Assembly: GCA_017412085.1 (NCBI GenBank)
Contig: JAFPYS010000017.1
Coordinates: 2,969-66,968, forward strand
Direction: 5' to 3'
DNA: 64,000 bases
DNA from: Alphaproteobacteria bacterium
Lineage (GTDB): Bacteria > Pseudomonadota > Alphaproteobacteria > CAAHEQ01 > UBA3637
Translations under genes and position numbers: made by a program
In this document: positions 53,724 through 64,000 of the stretch, piece after piece
How the letters are laid out: each line of letters opens with the position of its first letter
Numbering within the stretch: the first letter of the stretch is position 1
The notes under the pieces: generated by a model
Seen by the model: the letters and a program-made list of their open reading frames with translations, nothing else
What the model was told of the DNA's origin: nothing
Database searches by the model: none

Positions 53724-55643
53724 TTATTTTTTCACTTCCTCGTAATCGGCATCAACCACTTCTTCGTCAGACTTTGGTTGTTCTGCCCCCGCGGAAGTAT
53801 CTGCTCCGGCTGCCGCATCAGCGCCACCTTGTGCCGCCTGAGCTGCCTTATACATTGCTTCGCCCATCTTCATGCTGGCATTTTGAAGGGCTTCCGTCTT
53901 TTCCTTAATACGTTCTGTATCGTTAGCTTCTGTTGCTTCTTTCAATTCCTTCACGCACGCTTCAATGGCATCTTTATCGGCTTGTCCTATCTTATCACCA
54001 TTTTCTTTCAGCATTTTTTCCGTGCTGGCAATCAAAGCATCCGCATGGTTTTTGGCATCAGCAGCTTCCTTGAATTTCTTATCTTCTTCGGCGTGTGCTT
54101 CTGCGTCTTTTACCATCTTTTCAATATCGGCATCAGACAAACCACCAGAGGATTGAATGCGAATGGATTGTTCTTTGCCGGTTGCTTTATCCTTTGCCGA
54201 CACGTTCACAATGCCATTGGCATCAATATCAAAGCTGACCTCAATTTGTGGCATACCGCGCGGTGCAGGAGGAATTCCTACCAAGTCAAATTGACCCAAC
54301 AATTTATTATCGCGGGCAATTTCACGCTCGCCCTGGAACACACGAATTGTCACGGCCGTTTGACCATCTTCAGCGGTTGAGAACACCTGTGATTTTTTGG
54401 TTGGAATTGTTGTATTCCGATCAATCAAACGCGTAAACACGCCACCCAGTGTTTCAATACCCAAAGAAAGTGGGGTCACATCCAACAACAAGACATCTTT
54501 CACATCACCCTTTAACACACCACCTTGGATGGCAGCACCCATGGCCACCACTTCATCTGGGTTCACACCCTTGTGGGGTTCTTTACCAAAGAAATCTTGA
54601 ACTAATTTTTGAACAGCGGGCATACGGGTCATACCACCCACCAAGATCACTTCGTCAATCTTGTCTTTAGAAAGTCCCGCATCTTTTAATGCTTTTTCCA
54701 TTGGGCCCTTGGTGCGTTCAAGTAAATCTTCGCACAAACTTTCCAATTTGGCACGTGTCATGGAAACATTCAAGTGTTTCGGCCCTGTGGCATCAGCAGT
54801 AATAAACGGCAAGTTAATATCCGTTTGATTGGCGCTAGACAATTCGATCTTGGCCTTTTCTGCCGCTTCTTTTAAGCGTTGTAAAGCCATACGATCTTGA
54901 CGCAAATCAATGCCATTTTCTTTCTTAAACTCATCCGCCAAATAATCCATAATGCGTGCATCAAAATCTTCACCGCCCAAGAAGGTATCACCATTGGTGG
55001 ATTTTACCTCGAACACACCATCGCCGATTTCCAAAATGGACACATCAAATGTACCGCCGCCCAAGTCATACACGGCGATTGTACCAGATTTCTTTTGATC
55101 CATACCGTAGGCCAATGCTGCGGCAGTTGGCTCATTGATAATTCTGAGCACATCCAATCCAGCAATCTTACCAGCATCTTTTGTTGCTTGACGTTGACTA
55201 TCATCAAAGTAGGCTGGCACAGTAATAATAGCTTCTGTAATTTTTTCACCTAAATAAGCTTCTGCATCTTCTTTTAATTTTTGTAACACAAATGCGGACA
55301 CTTGGCTTGGCGCATATTTTTTGCCATCCACTTCCACCCAGGCATCTCCATTTTCGCCAGAAATAATTTTATACGGCACCATTTCCTTATCTTTGGTGAC
55401 CATTTTATCATCATAGCGACGACCAATTAAACGCTTAATGGAATAAAGTGTCCCTTGTGGGTTTGTTACAGCCTGACGCTTTGCAGGCTGTCCAACCAAA
55501 CGTTCTCCCTTGCTTGTAAACGCAACGATAGACGGTGTCGTTCTGGCCCCTTCACGGTTTTCCAGCACCTTGGCATTTTTGCCGTCCATAATTGACATAC
55601 AGGAGTTTGTTGTTCCCAAGTCAATACCTAAAATCTTACTCAT
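53724..55643 (-). CDS. dnaK: Chaperone DnaK (Hsp70)
   Basis: [17 protein letters not shown] and [12 protein letters not shown] motifs. 639 aa. Confidence 0.98.
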   Translation of the reverse strand: MSKILGIDLGTTNSCMSIMDGKNAKVLENREGARTTPSIVAFTSKGERLVGQPAKRQAVTNPQGTLYSIKRLIGRRYDDKMVTKDKEMVPYKIISGENGDAWVEVDGKKYAPSQVSAFVLQKLKEDAEAYLGEKITEAIITVPAYFDDSQRQATKDAGKIAGLDVLRIINEPTAAALAYGMDQKKSGTIAVYDLGGGTFDVSILEIGDGVFEVKSTNGDTFLGGEDFDARIMDYLADEFKKENGIDLRQDRMALQRLKEAAEKAKIELSSANQTDINLPFITADATGPKHLNVSMTRAKLESLCEDLLERTKGPMEKALKDAGLSKDKIDEVILVGGMTRMPAVQKLVQDFFGKEPHKGVNPDEVVAMGAAIQGGVLKGDVKDVLLLDVTPLSLGIETLGGVFTRLIDRNTTIPTKKSQVFSTAEDGQTAVTIRVFQGEREIARDNKLLGQFDLVGIPPAPRGMPQIEVSFDIDANGIVNVSAKDKATGKEQSIRIQSSGGLSDADIEKMVKDAEAHAEEDKKFKEAADAKNHADALIASTEKMLKENGDKIGQADKDAIEACVKELKEATEANDTERIKEKTEALQNASMKMGEAMYKAAQAAQGGADAAAGADTSAGAEQPKSDEEVVDADYEEVKK

Positions 55644-55695
55644 TTTGTTGTCCTTTCAGTTGTTAATCACGTCAAAAAATTTCCTTGTGACAAAC

Positions 55696-55723
55696 ATATG
55701 GGTCATACAATTGTATTTTGCAA
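55696..55723 (-). promoter_or_regulatory. Sigma32 (RpoH)-type heat-shock promoter of dnaK
   Basis: On the minus strand: TTGCAAA (55723-55717), 14 nt spacer, CCCATAT (55702-55696). The consensus is CTTGAAA-N13-15-CCCCATNT. Confidence 0.5.
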
Positions 55724-55792
55724 CAGGTAAAAGCATTTTTTTCTTTAATTTTTTACTTTTTTTCACTATGATAGTGGAAAAAGGGAGTAAAA

Positions 55793-57379
55793 ATGGAAAA
55801 TTTTATTGATATTTTATTTCAACAGTTAAGCCTATATGGTGTCAGTTTGCTTGGAACTTTTGCTGTGGCGATTGCTTTTAGTGTTTTTTATGGGAAAAAT
55901 ACACAATACAATCGTTTTTATTTAATTAGCCAAGGTTTCTGGATTTTATTTTTTACATTTTTAATTTTAATTGTGGCACCATGTCTCCCCCTATTAAATC
56001 CTGCCATACAAATTCCAACCATTGTTACAGAGGCGTTCATTGCGGTTCTATATGGTGTAGCCAGCGGCTTTTTTATGGCCAGCCTGTTTCCAAGTCTGCC
56101 GCGCAAAATTTTAATTTTCTTATTACCAACATTCTTTACTCTTTTATTCTTTGCAGCCGCATATGGATTATTGTTATTAGACTTAACTTATCTGCCTCCC
56201 TCCCGCATTCCAACGTTGCTATTAGGAGCAACTCTTGTGGTGGCAAGCATGGGCTTTCACGCCATTCCTGCGATCTCACAAAAAGCAATTTTTACCGCAC
56301 CCCGCATTGGATTGTTTACCTTGGGTCTTTATTTTGTTCTGTTTGCGTTCAACTTGATCTCGGAAGCGCCGGCCATTCTTCTGATTCTTTATGGCTTGAT
56401 TGCTATTGTTGTCCTGATTGCCCAACTTAACTTTATGGAATCAACCGCCATCGCTTACCAAGAAGCTTTGGAAGCAGAAAAGAAAAACAAGACTTTATTT
56501 TGGGACGTCGCACCATTTCCTATATTGCTTACAAAGCTTATGGATGATTCCGTTGTTTATATGAACAGCGCCTGTCAATCTGTGTTGGGATTGAATGACG
56601 AACAAAAAAAGAACATGCGTTTCTCCGCCTACTTTGCAAAACCAGAAAAACGATTGGAACTGATTGATCTTACGAAATTAAAACAGGTTGTGGATAATTT
56701 TGAAGTGGAATTAAATGTTCAAAATTCCGAGCAAAAAACTCTTTGGATCACGCTTTCATCGCGCGTGTTTGAAGTGGACGGCGAATTGGTGCTTTACATC
56801 AATTTTACAAATATTACTGCCCAAAAAGAAACCGAACAAGAATTGTTTGTTCAGGCGTCCACAGATACCTTGACCGGCCTTTACAACCGTCGACAATTCT
56901 TTGCACTCTCCGAACAGGCCTTTGCTCTTGCAGCGCGCGAAAAAACATCTTATTGTGCGCTGATGTTAGATATTGATCACTTTAAAAACATTAATGATAC
57001 ATATGGACATGATGCTGGCGATATTGTGTTAAAACATTTGGCCGATATCTTGAAAAAAACACTCAGGAAATCGGATATCGTTGCGCGTTGGGGTGGCGAG
57101 GAATTTATTGTCTTCTTACAAAATACACCACCGAAGAATGGTATTGAGCCCGCGGAAAAGTTGCGCAAGGCCGTTGAAGAAACTGCCGTGAAGGTTGGAG
57201 ACAAGATTATCCGCTTTACCATCAGCTTGGGTGTCTCCTTATCTCAAACGCCAGATGTTGCCTTGATTCAAAAAGAGGCCGATTTAGCGTTGTACCACTC
57301 AAAAGAAAACGGCCGGAATCAAACCACGCTATATAGCCCAGAATTAGAAATGCCAACAGAAGTGGAATCTGATCGCTGA
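55793..57379 (+). CDS. Polytopic membrane sensor diguanylate cyclase (about 7 TM, PAS-like region, GGDEF domain)
   Basis: The N-terminal 210 aa are hydrophobic. The C-terminus reads LTGLYNRRQF...MLDIDHFKNINDTYGH...RWGGEEFIVFL (GGEEF). Confidence 0.85.
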   Translation: MENFIDILFQQLSLYGVSLLGTFAVAIAFSVFYGKNTQYNRFYLISQGFWILFFTFLILIVAPCLPLLNPAIQIPTIVTEAFIAVLYGVASGFFMASLFPSLPRKILIFLLPTFFTLLFFAAAYGLLLLDLTYLPPSRIPTLLLGATLVVASMGFHAIPAISQKAIFTAPRIGLFTLGLYFVLFAFNLISEAPAILLILYGLIAIVVLIAQLNFMESTAIAYQEALEAEKKNKTLFWDVAPFPILLTKLMDDSVVYMNSACQSVLGLNDEQKKNMRFSAYFAKPEKRLELIDLTKLKQVVDNFEVELNVQNSEQKTLWITLSSRVFEVDGELVLYINFTNITAQKETEQELFVQASTDTLTGLYNRRQFFALSEQAFALAAREKTSYCALMLDIDHFKNINDTYGHDAGDIVLKHLADILKKTLRKSDIVARWGGEEFIVFLQNTPPKNGIEPAEKLRKAVEETAVKVGDKIIRFTISLGVSLSQTPDVALIQKEADLALYHSKENGRNQTTLYSPELEMPTEVESDR

Positions 57380-57660
57380 TGCGTTTCCGCCTGTTCCCGA
57401 TATTATGCCTGTTAGTCATCGCCTATTTTTCATACCATACGGTATGGGGAAACAGAGGTTTTTTTAGACTTTTGGAAATCCGCGAACAAATTGCTGAAGC
57501 CAAATCATTGGCTCAAGAAAAGGCCCAAGAAAAAAAGACTTTGCAATACAAAACAAGCGCACTCAAAAACCCAAAGACAATTGATCCGGATATTTTGGAA
57601 GAAGAAGCTTTACGTGTTTTAGGACAAACGCACTCTGATAATTTGGTTATTTTTGATTAG
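57379..57660 (+). CDS. ftsB: Septum formation initiator family protein (FtsB/DivIC-like)
   Basis: 93 aa with an N-terminal TM helix followed by a coiled coil (GNRGFFRLLEIREQIAEAKSL...). The ATG overlaps the upstream TGA by 1 nt. Confidence 0.7.
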   Translation: MRFRLFPILCLLVIAYFSYHTVWGNRGFFRLLEIREQIAEAKSLAQEKAQEKKTLQYKTSALKNPKTIDPDILEEEALRVLGQTHSDNLVIFD

Positions 57661-58891
57661 CTTTTAATCCAATTTTATTGCTCTTAATCATCCACAACGC
57701 CGGCACCATTAACCATCCGGTAAACATAAAGAACAGCGGCCAATCCATTTGATCCGCCAACCAACCACTTGCGCCAGCAAGAATTGACAGAGGCACCATA
57801 TTAATTGCGCTTAAAAAGGCATATTGTGTTGCCGAAAATTTCTTGCTGCAGAAATTGGACAAATAAACAACCCAGACAGCGCCTCCCATACCGGCTAAAA
57901 TATTATCAAATAAAATGACAGCAAAAAACGTTGGTACACTGGGACCAACGAGCGCCAACCATGCAAACGAAACGGATGTTAAAATTTCCAAGCACCCCAA
58001 CCAAAACAGCAAGGGGCGATATTTAAACCTCATCATAACTAAACCACCCAAAAAGACACCCGCCATTGTCACAAACACACCAAAAGTGCCAGAAACAATA
58101 GAAATTTGCTCAGCCGTAAAACCAACTTGGTAATAAAACGGGTAAGCCATTGGTCCCAACATACAGTTGCAAAGCCGATATATGATTACAAACAAACACA
58201 AAGTGCCAAAGTTTGACCTTGACATGATATCTTTCATGGGTTCAATCACAAATTTTTGTAAGGACACAACTGTTTTTTGTGTTTTTTGCTCATGAATTCC
58301 TAAAAATGAAATAAATCCCACAACAATCAAAATCGTCGAAATTTGATAAGCATATTGCCATGCCACATGAGCCGACAACAAAATCATCCCTGCCACAGCG
58401 GCCAATTGCCCCAATCGACATCCCGCCAAATATAACGTTGTCCCTTGCTTTAATTCATCCCCATCCAAGGTGTCAATACGCAAAGCATCTGTCACGATAT
58501 CTTGGGTAGCAGACATAAACGCAATCCCCAAACACAAAACGAAAACATAACCGATTTGTTCTGCAGGATGCGAAATGGACAACAAAAACAAAAAGCCAAT
58601 TATTAACAATTGACAAAGAAGTCCCCACGTTTTTTTGCGTCCTAAATATTTTGCAAGGGGCAGATTGACTTGATCTACCAGGGGGGCCCATAAAAATTTA
58701 ATAGCATAAGGAATTAGCACTAAACTGAACAATCCAATTTTACTTAAATCCACACCTTCTGTGGAAAACCAATATTTTAAAGTGCCTCCAATTAAATTAA
58801 CTGGTGCTTGAGAAGCAATACCCAGCCCCAAAAAAGGCCATACACGTGGATTACACAGAGCTTTTATTAATTTGTTTAAAAACTTCATCAT
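57647..58891 (-). CDS. ampG: AmpG-family MFS muropeptide permease
   Basis: About 12 TM segments. ...IKFLWAPLVDQ... is the AmpG signature. 414 aa. Confidence 0.8.
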   Translation of the reverse strand: MMKFLNKLIKALCNPRVWPFLGLGIASQAPVNLIGGTLKYWFSTEGVDLSKIGLFSLVLIPYAIKFLWAPLVDQVNLPLAKYLGRKKTWGLLCQLLIIGFLFLLSISHPAEQIGYVFVLCLGIAFMSATQDIVTDALRIDTLDGDELKQGTTLYLAGCRLGQLAAVAGMILLSAHVAWQYAYQISTILIVVGFISFLGIHEQKTQKTVVSLQKFVIEPMKDIMSRSNFGTLCLFVIIYRLCNCMLGPMAYPFYYQVGFTAEQISIVSGTFGVFVTMAGVFLGGLVMMRFKYRPLLFWLGCLEILTSVSFAWLALVGPSVPTFFAVILFDNILAGMGGAVWVVYLSNFCSKKFSATQYAFLSAINMVPLSILAGASGWLADQMDWPLFFMFTGWLMVPALWMIKSNKIGLKANQK

Positions 58892-60666
58892 TCCCCCTTA
58901 AATAATGCTGCATACTTCTTTAGCCTCTTATACACTTTTGAATTCGGATTGTCCATCAATTTCTTCGGACTGCCATCTTCCACGATTTTCCCATTCTCAA
59001 GTAACAAGATACGATTGGCGCTTGCAATTTCTGCCGGCACATTGGAAGCAAATACGACCGTTGGTTTGTGACCTTTTACTTTAGATAAATTTTTAATTCC
59101 CATTAAAACTTTTGTTTGAGCGTGCGTATCCAGATTAGCTGTCGGTTCGTCCATAATAATAATCGGCGTATGTCGCAACAGGGCCCGCGCCAAAGACAGA
59201 CGTTGCTTTTGTCCCGCAGACAAAGAACTTACTTTAGAATCAATTCCCTTCTCTTTTTGCGTAATCTCATCCAGCAAATTGGCCGCGCTTAGTGCCTGAT
59301 ATAAGTCCACTTCGGTGGCCTTAGGATTAAACATCAACAAATTTTCTCGAATATTCTTTTGCGCCCAAAACACCGCGTGTTGATTCAAATAACTGATGAT
59401 TGCCTTCAACGATTTTGCACTAACTTTTTGAACATTTTTGCCATTAATAATCACTTCGCCACCTTGCACTTCATAGGCGTGCTGCATCACATTAATCAAT
59501 GTCGATTTACCCATGCCGCTGTTTCCAATAATCGCCACACGATCGCCTTGCTTAATGTTTAATGACAAATCTTTCAAAACAGGTTTGTTGCTGTCGGGGT
59601 AAGAAAAAGTTACCTTTTTCATCTGAATCCGACCACCGCTTGGCATACGTTCACGCCCCACCTTCAAATCCAGTTTGTGATCATATTTCAAACTGTCCAT
59701 TGCCTTGCGATATGCCTTTGTTTGTGATACCACTGTTCCCACAAAAAAGCTAAGCGGCGCCCCTTCAGAAGCCATGGTTCTGGCCATACCCGTTACCAAA
59801 ATAAAACGTCCAACATCGCCCGTTTTAACAGCATCCATAACCGCCAGCAACATAATCACAACATTGCTGACGATGCTGATAAGATAATTGCTAGAACGCA
59901 TGATGTCCGCCTTCATTAAAACCTTAAAAGACCGCCACCTGTTCTCATTTAATTTGTTTTCAACATCACTTAATATTTCTTCTTCGCGGCCAAGAGAACC
60001 GATATTAACCAGATTGTTCAAGTGATCCGTTTGTTCGGCATTAATCTTGATGCGCATTTGATCCAACTCAGCGTCGGGATTATATTTAAACTCAATCCAA
60101 CTTTTAATCCACACGGACAACAACAAAAAGAGCAACAAAATACCCGCGTACGAAGGTTCCTGTTTCAACAAAACAGCTGTTGCAATAATAAAGCTGACAC
60201 CCGCTGAACAGGTTTGACCCAATCGATGCAAAATCGCCTGGATATGATCACGAGCCGTTCCGATAATTGCCACAATTTTATCAGACTGCTCCCCCTCCAA
60301 AGCAAGCTGCGGCCGTTTAAACATATCCTTTAAATTCTCAATTGACATCCGATCGTTGTAAAAGCCAACCAGATGATGATTCACATTCCACGCCAAATCC
60401 CAACACCACCAATGAAATGGACTTAAAAAGGCGCTAAAAACAGTCCAAAAAATAATAATGAGCGTTAATGTTTGCTCGCCAACGTCATTCTGAATTTCGG
60501 TAATCAACTGCGCACTGATCCATGGGATACCAACCCCCATTAAACCCAACAACATCCATATGGCTATTTGGATGAAAAGCAACCACCTGTTCCGTTTTGT
60601 TGTTTCAAACAAAACAGATCTTAAATCATGCAGAACTTGCCCTGTTTCTTTTGGAAATAGATGCAT
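58888..60666 (-). CDS. ABC exporter, fused permease/ATPase
   Basis: N-terminal 6-TM domain. Walker A GNSGMGKST, signature LSAGQKQR, Walker B IIIMDEPT. Confidence 0.88.
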   Translation of the reverse strand: MHLFPKETGQVLHDLRSVLFETTKRNRWLLFIQIAIWMLLGLMGVGIPWISAQLITEIQNDVGEQTLTLIIIFWTVFSAFLSPFHWWCWDLAWNVNHHLVGFYNDRMSIENLKDMFKRPQLALEGEQSDKIVAIIGTARDHIQAILHRLGQTCSAGVSFIIATAVLLKQEPSYAGILLLFLLLSVWIKSWIEFKYNPDAELDQMRIKINAEQTDHLNNLVNIGSLGREEEILSDVENKLNENRWRSFKVLMKADIMRSSNYLISIVSNVVIMLLAVMDAVKTGDVGRFILVTGMARTMASEGAPLSFFVGTVVSQTKAYRKAMDSLKYDHKLDLKVGRERMPSGGRIQMKKVTFSYPDSNKPVLKDLSLNIKQGDRVAIIGNSGMGKSTLINVMQHAYEVQGGEVIINGKNVQKVSAKSLKAIISYLNQHAVFWAQKNIRENLLMFNPKATEVDLYQALSAANLLDEITQKEKGIDSKVSSLSAGQKQRLSLARALLRHTPIIIMDEPTANLDTHAQTKVLMGIKNLSKVKGHKPTVVFASNVPAEIASANRILLLENGKIVEDGSPKKLMDNPNSKVYKRLKKYAALFKGE

Positions 60667-60689
60667 CTTCCCCGCTTATCTGCTAAATA

Positions 60690-60959
60690 TTAGCCTTTCT
60701 TTGTTGTTTTGGCCTTTGAAGCTGCCTTCAATTTTTTCTTGGTTTCATCAGCCTTTGTTAAAGACTTTTTGGACTTTCCAGATGTTGTCACATGGGACAC
60801 GCCTGTTCCAGGAATAGACACCGTCTTGCGTGTTTGGCCATTGGCCATTTTTGTCACGCGGTAACCCGGCAACCCATAGCTAAAGCTGATGCCAGATTTG
60901 CTAAAATTAATTCTGAACAATCCTAACACATCTATTGATTTACGAAAACGAAAACCCAT
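60690..60959 (-). CDS. DUF4236 domain protein
   Basis: MGFRFRKSIDVLGLFRINFSKSGISFSYGLPG is typical of DUF4236. GGGAGG RBS. The longer ORF-track start would overlap typA. Confidence 0.75.
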   Translation of the reverse strand: MGFRFRKSIDVLGLFRINFSKSGISFSYGLPGYRVTKMANGQTRKTVSIPGTGVSHVTTSGKSKKSLTKADETKKKLKAASKAKTTKKG

Positions 60960-60978
60960 TTTTACCTCCCTTTTTTGT

Positions 60979-62796
60979 TTACAATCTACCGCGCTCAAAT
61001 TTGCGACGGTCGTTTAAATCCAGATACTTTTTGCGTAACCGGATATGCTTTGGTGTTACTTCCACCAACTCATCGTCTGCGATATATGCAAGCGCCGCCT
61101 CTAATGACATCTTGATTGGCGGAATTAAGGTCACAGCCTCATCTTTTCCTGCTGCCCGCATATTCGTTAATTTCTTTCCTTTAATTGGATTTACATCTAT
61201 GTCTCCTGGCTTTGCATTAGCCCCGATGATCATCCCCTCATACACATCCACTCCCGCGCCGATAAACAACGGACCACGTTCTTGGATATACCACAATGCA
61301 TACGCCACAGATTCGCCCGCTTCGGTGGAAACCAACACGCCATTACGACGCGCTTGAATTTCGCCTTTATAAGGCTGATAGCTGTCAAAAATACGGTTCA
61401 TCACGCCCGTTCCACAGGTATCTGTTAAAAATTCGCTGTGATAACCAATCAACCCACGCGATGGCGCCAAAAACACCATACGAGTCTTGCCACCACCAGA
61501 CGGTGTCATTTGTGTCATTTCGGCCTTGCGTTGGCTCATTTTTTCCACAACAACACCCGAATAAGCATCATCCACATCAATCACAACTTCTTCCACTGGC
61601 TCCAGTTTTTGGCCATTTTCCTCTTTAAACACGACACGTGGACGAGATACAGATAATTCATATCCTTCGCGACGCATTGTTTCAATCAAAATTCCCAATT
61701 GCAATTCGCCGCGACCAGCCACTTCAAATGCATCTGTTGTGTCCGTTTTGGAAATTTTCAAAGCCACATTACCTTCTGCCTCTTTTTCCAAACGATCCCA
61801 AATCATACGAGACGTCACTTTGTCGCCATCACGCCCCGCCAAAGGACTTGTATTAATGGAAAACGTCATTGCCAAAGTTGGGGGATCAATTGGTTGTGCC
61901 TGAATCGCCTCGGTTACTTCCCCCGCACATAAAGTGTCGGCAACCGTTGCCTTTTGAAAACCAGAGATACTCACAATATCGCCTGCAATTCCTTCGTCAA
62001 TCGCCTGATGTTTAAGACCTCGGAAGGCCAAAATTTTACTCACCCGCGCTGTCTCAATTGTTTGTCCATCGCGGGAAATGGCCTTGATCATTTCATTTGT
62101 TTTTACTTTGCCAGATGTAATACGTCCTGTTAACACGCGTCCCACAAAAGGATCCATGTGCAATGTTGTTACCAACATTTTAAAGGGACCGTTAATATTG
62201 CTTTCTGGCGCCGGCACATGCTCGATAATTTTTTTGAAAAGAGGTTCAATATCTATGCGTTCGTCGTTTAAGTTTTCAACCGCCCAACCATCACGACCCG
62301 ACGCAAACAGTACGGGATAATCCAATTGTTCATCCGTCGCACCTAAATTAGCAAACAAATCAAAAACTTCGTTGTTCACTTCCACAGGACGCGCATCCGA
62401 ACGATCTACTTTGTTAATCACAACGATTGGACGAAGCCCTAATTTTAAAGCCTTTCCTACAACAAATTTTGTTTGAGGCAACGGGCCTTCGGCCGCATCT
62501 ACCAACACAATCACGCCATCCACCATGGACAAAATACGCTCAACTTCACCACCAAAATCAGCGTGTCCCGGTGTATCCACAATGTTAATGCGATAACCAT
62601 GCCATTCCACAGATGTACACTTGGCCAAAATCGTAATACCGCGCTCACGCTCCAGCTCACCAGAATCCATAGCGCAAGTAGCCACCTGTTGATTCTCACG
62701 AAATGCACCTGATTGGCGCAAAAAAGCGTCTACAAAGGTCGTTTTGCCATGGTCCACGTGAGCAATAATGGCAATGTTTCGCATATTCTGACTCAT
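60979..62796 (-). CDS. typA: Translational GTPase TypA/BipA
   Basis: [22 protein letters not shown] and NKVD G-motifs. 605 aa. Confidence 0.96.
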   Translation of the reverse strand: MSQNMRNIAIIAHVDHGKTTFVDAFLRQSGAFRENQQVATCAMDSGELERERGITILAKCTSVEWHGYRINIVDTPGHADFGGEVERILSMVDGVIVLVDAAEGPLPQTKFVVGKALKLGLRPIVVINKVDRSDARPVEVNNEVFDLFANLGATDEQLDYPVLFASGRDGWAVENLNDERIDIEPLFKKIIEHVPAPESNINGPFKMLVTTLHMDPFVGRVLTGRITSGKVKTNEMIKAISRDGQTIETARVSKILAFRGLKHQAIDEGIAGDIVSISGFQKATVADTLCAGEVTEAIQAQPIDPPTLAMTFSINTSPLAGRDGDKVTSRMIWDRLEKEAEGNVALKISKTDTTDAFEVAGRGELQLGILIETMRREGYELSVSRPRVVFKEENGQKLEPVEEVVIDVDDAYSGVVVEKMSQRKAEMTQMTPSGGGKTRMVFLAPSRGLIGYHSEFLTDTCGTGVMNRIFDSYQPYKGEIQARRNGVLVSTEAGESVAYALWYIQERGPLFIGAGVDVYEGMIIGANAKPGDIDVNPIKGKKLTNMRAAGKDEAVTLIPPIKMSLEAALAYIADDELVEVTPKHIRLRKKYLDLNDRRKFERGRL

Positions 62797-62865
62797 TTTA
62801 AACTCTTTTCCCTTACTAAAAATATACGAAATTATAACATAAAATCAGATAAATGTAAAGGGGGC

Positions 62866-62898
62866 GACAAAAAAATCCCCGAGCAAAAAACCCGGGGA
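62866..62898 (-). terminator. Rho-independent terminator after the gyrB-linked membrane ORF
   Basis: TCCCCG (62876-62881) pairs with CGGGGA (62893-62898). On the minus strand it is followed by a T-run. Confidence 0.65.
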
Positions 62899-62913
62899 AT
62901 TATTTCTTGTATC

Positions 62914-63381
62914 TTACTTCCTTCTTCTTTGATTCCATTTCTTATATAAATATTTTACCACATAAAACAAAACTATGGGCGCCAGCCAAATTCCAGCAAT
63001 ACCCATTATCAGCGTTATTAATTGCCATGCAAAATAAATACTGATAATATCAACGCCTCCATGCTCTGCTAATGCAAGTACCAGAATAACACCTAAAAAA
63101 ATTGCAAGAAACATACATGTTATCCACACAGAAAGCACGGTACTCTTTACTGTATTTAAACTAATCATATATTTTTTTGTAATCCAATGAATTTCTACTA
63201 GCACCCAATAACACACAGCAATCAAAATGAATATTGAAGCACCCATTTCCCAATTATGAGGAAGCCTGGGATATGCTATATTCGTGGAAACAGTATAAAA
63301 CATCCATGCCACAAACAACATCAATCCAACCAGGTAGAACACTTGGAGAAATTTAAAAGATTTAATTAAAAAATTCTTCAT
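62914..63381 (-). CDS. Hypothetical 4-TM membrane protein translationally coupled to gyrB
   Basis: The ATG lies 2 nt after the gyrB TAA. There are four hydrophobic helices and a basic C-terminus. Confidence 0.6.
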   Translation of the reverse strand: MKNFLIKSFKFLQVFYLVGLMLFVAWMFYTVSTNIAYPRLPHNWEMGASIFILIAVCYWVLVEIHWITKKYMISLNTVKSTVLSVWITCMFLAIFLGVILVLALAEHGGVDIISIYFAWQLITLIMGIAGIWLAPIVLFYVVKYLYKKWNQRRRK

Positions 63382-63383
63382 TT

Positions 63384-64000
63384 TTACACATCCAAATTCG
63401 CAACGTTCAAGGCATTTTCTTGGATGAAGTCACGACGAGGTTCCACCACATCGCCCATTAAGGTTGAGAACACTTGCTCGGCTTCGTCTTGGTGGGTAAT
63501 TTTTACTTGCAACAAACGACGATTGTTTGGATCCAAGGTTGTTTCCCACAATTGCTCTGGGTTCATTTCGCCCAACCCTTTGTAACGGTTGATGGCCACA
63601 CCCTTCTTGCCAATCTTAAACACTGTTTCGGCTAAAGACACTGGTCCTTGAATTGTGAACTCTTCATCTTTCACCTTCAAAACGGATGGTTTGGCATAAA
63701 ATTCTCTGAGCTCGGCCGCCATTTTATCCAACTGACGCGCCTCAGAGCAATTCATTAATGTTTCATCCACAACATGCTTTTCAGTCACACCACGCAACAC
63801 ACGACGGAACACAAATTCGTTCTTTTCGTTATATTCGCATGTCCAACCACGTTCATATTCTGGCTCCATCATATCCAAACGTTTTGCAAAATCATTATCG
63901 TAAACTTTATTACCGCCAAACATTCCCATGATGGCCATTTGACCGATAATGCGATACGGCACATGACGGGACATTGCCAAAATCAAATTACGAGCCACAC
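63384..64000 (-). CDS. gyrB: DNA gyrase subunit B, C-terminal part (continues beyond the window)
   Basis: ...[30 protein letters not shown]...[25 protein letters not shown]. Confidence 0.93.
   Translation of the reverse strand, partial: VARNLILAMSRHVPYRIIGQMAIMGMFGGNKVYDNDFAKRLDMMEPEYERGWTCEYNEKNEFVFRRVLRGVTEKHVVDETLMNCSEARQLDKMAAELREFYAKPSVLKVKDEEFTIQGPVSLAETVFKIGKKGVAINRYKGLGEMNPEQLWETTLDPNNRRLLQVKITHQDEAEQVFSTLMGDVVEPRRDFIQENALNVANLDV

Noticed and set aside
52877-54380. Long plus-strand ORFs (205 aa and 200 aa) antisense to dnaJ and dnaK
   Set aside because: These are classic antisense open frames in highly conserved, codon-biased chaperone genes. The sequences are low-complexity, with no RBS or promoter.
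1-64000. CRISPR arrays, IS elements or transposases, prophage, rRNA operon
   Set aside because: I scanned the intergenic regions and the ORF list. I found no regularly spaced direct repeats, no transposase, integrase or capsid-like ORFs, and no rRNA-like sequence.

Overview
AT-rich (about 40% GC by eye), very compact chromosomal segment. It holds about 60 protein genes and 2 tRNAs. I found no rRNA, CRISPR array, transposase, integrase or phage genes. Many neighbouring genes overlap or abut: ATGA overlaps, and TTAA stop codons shared by convergent genes. The marker set is GapR/DUF2312, DUF1013, a DivK-like single-domain response regulator, DUF4167, ELM1/DUF1022, MPP-like M16 peptidases and rpoZ-spoT-acpS. 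This points to an alphaproteobacterium. A Sel1-repeat protein, a eukaryote-like Cys-rich giant protein and gene-decay traces suggest a host-associated or intracellular lifestyle (inference). Housekeeping genes recognised: pepN, ssb, gyrA, gyrB (3' part), cspA, acpS, spoT, rpoZ, metG, kdsB, rsmE, rnhB, pckG, rho, lgt, rnd, dnaJ, dnaK, ftsB, ampG, typA, tRNA-Arg(CCG) and tRNA-Gln(UUG). The most interesting observations follow. (1) A 1053-aa secreted protein with about 99 cysteines, built from two repeat types; I cannot assign the first type (CxCP...CC) to any family. (2) A minus-strand oxaloacetate-node block, permease-oadG-oadA-M16 peptidase-oadB, facing pckG, with the M16 gene translationally wedged inside the Na+-pump operon. 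(3) Both gyrase genes are each followed at 0-2 nt by orphan ORFs, and gapR lies next to the gyrA set. (4) Unannotated or odd small Cys-rich ORFs: a 25-aa CGCGCG peptide and a 72-aa Cys/His-rich membrane peptide. (5) Two paralogous prepilin-like proteins with Arg at position +1. (6) A fused RsbW-like/REC/PP2C protein. (7) A rho-coupled protein with tandem NYN-like domains. (8) A degenerate PyrD-like enzyme, a GNAT gene with an in-frame TGA and a CorC/TlyC remnant. All family assignments rest on motif recognition by eye; no searches were run.
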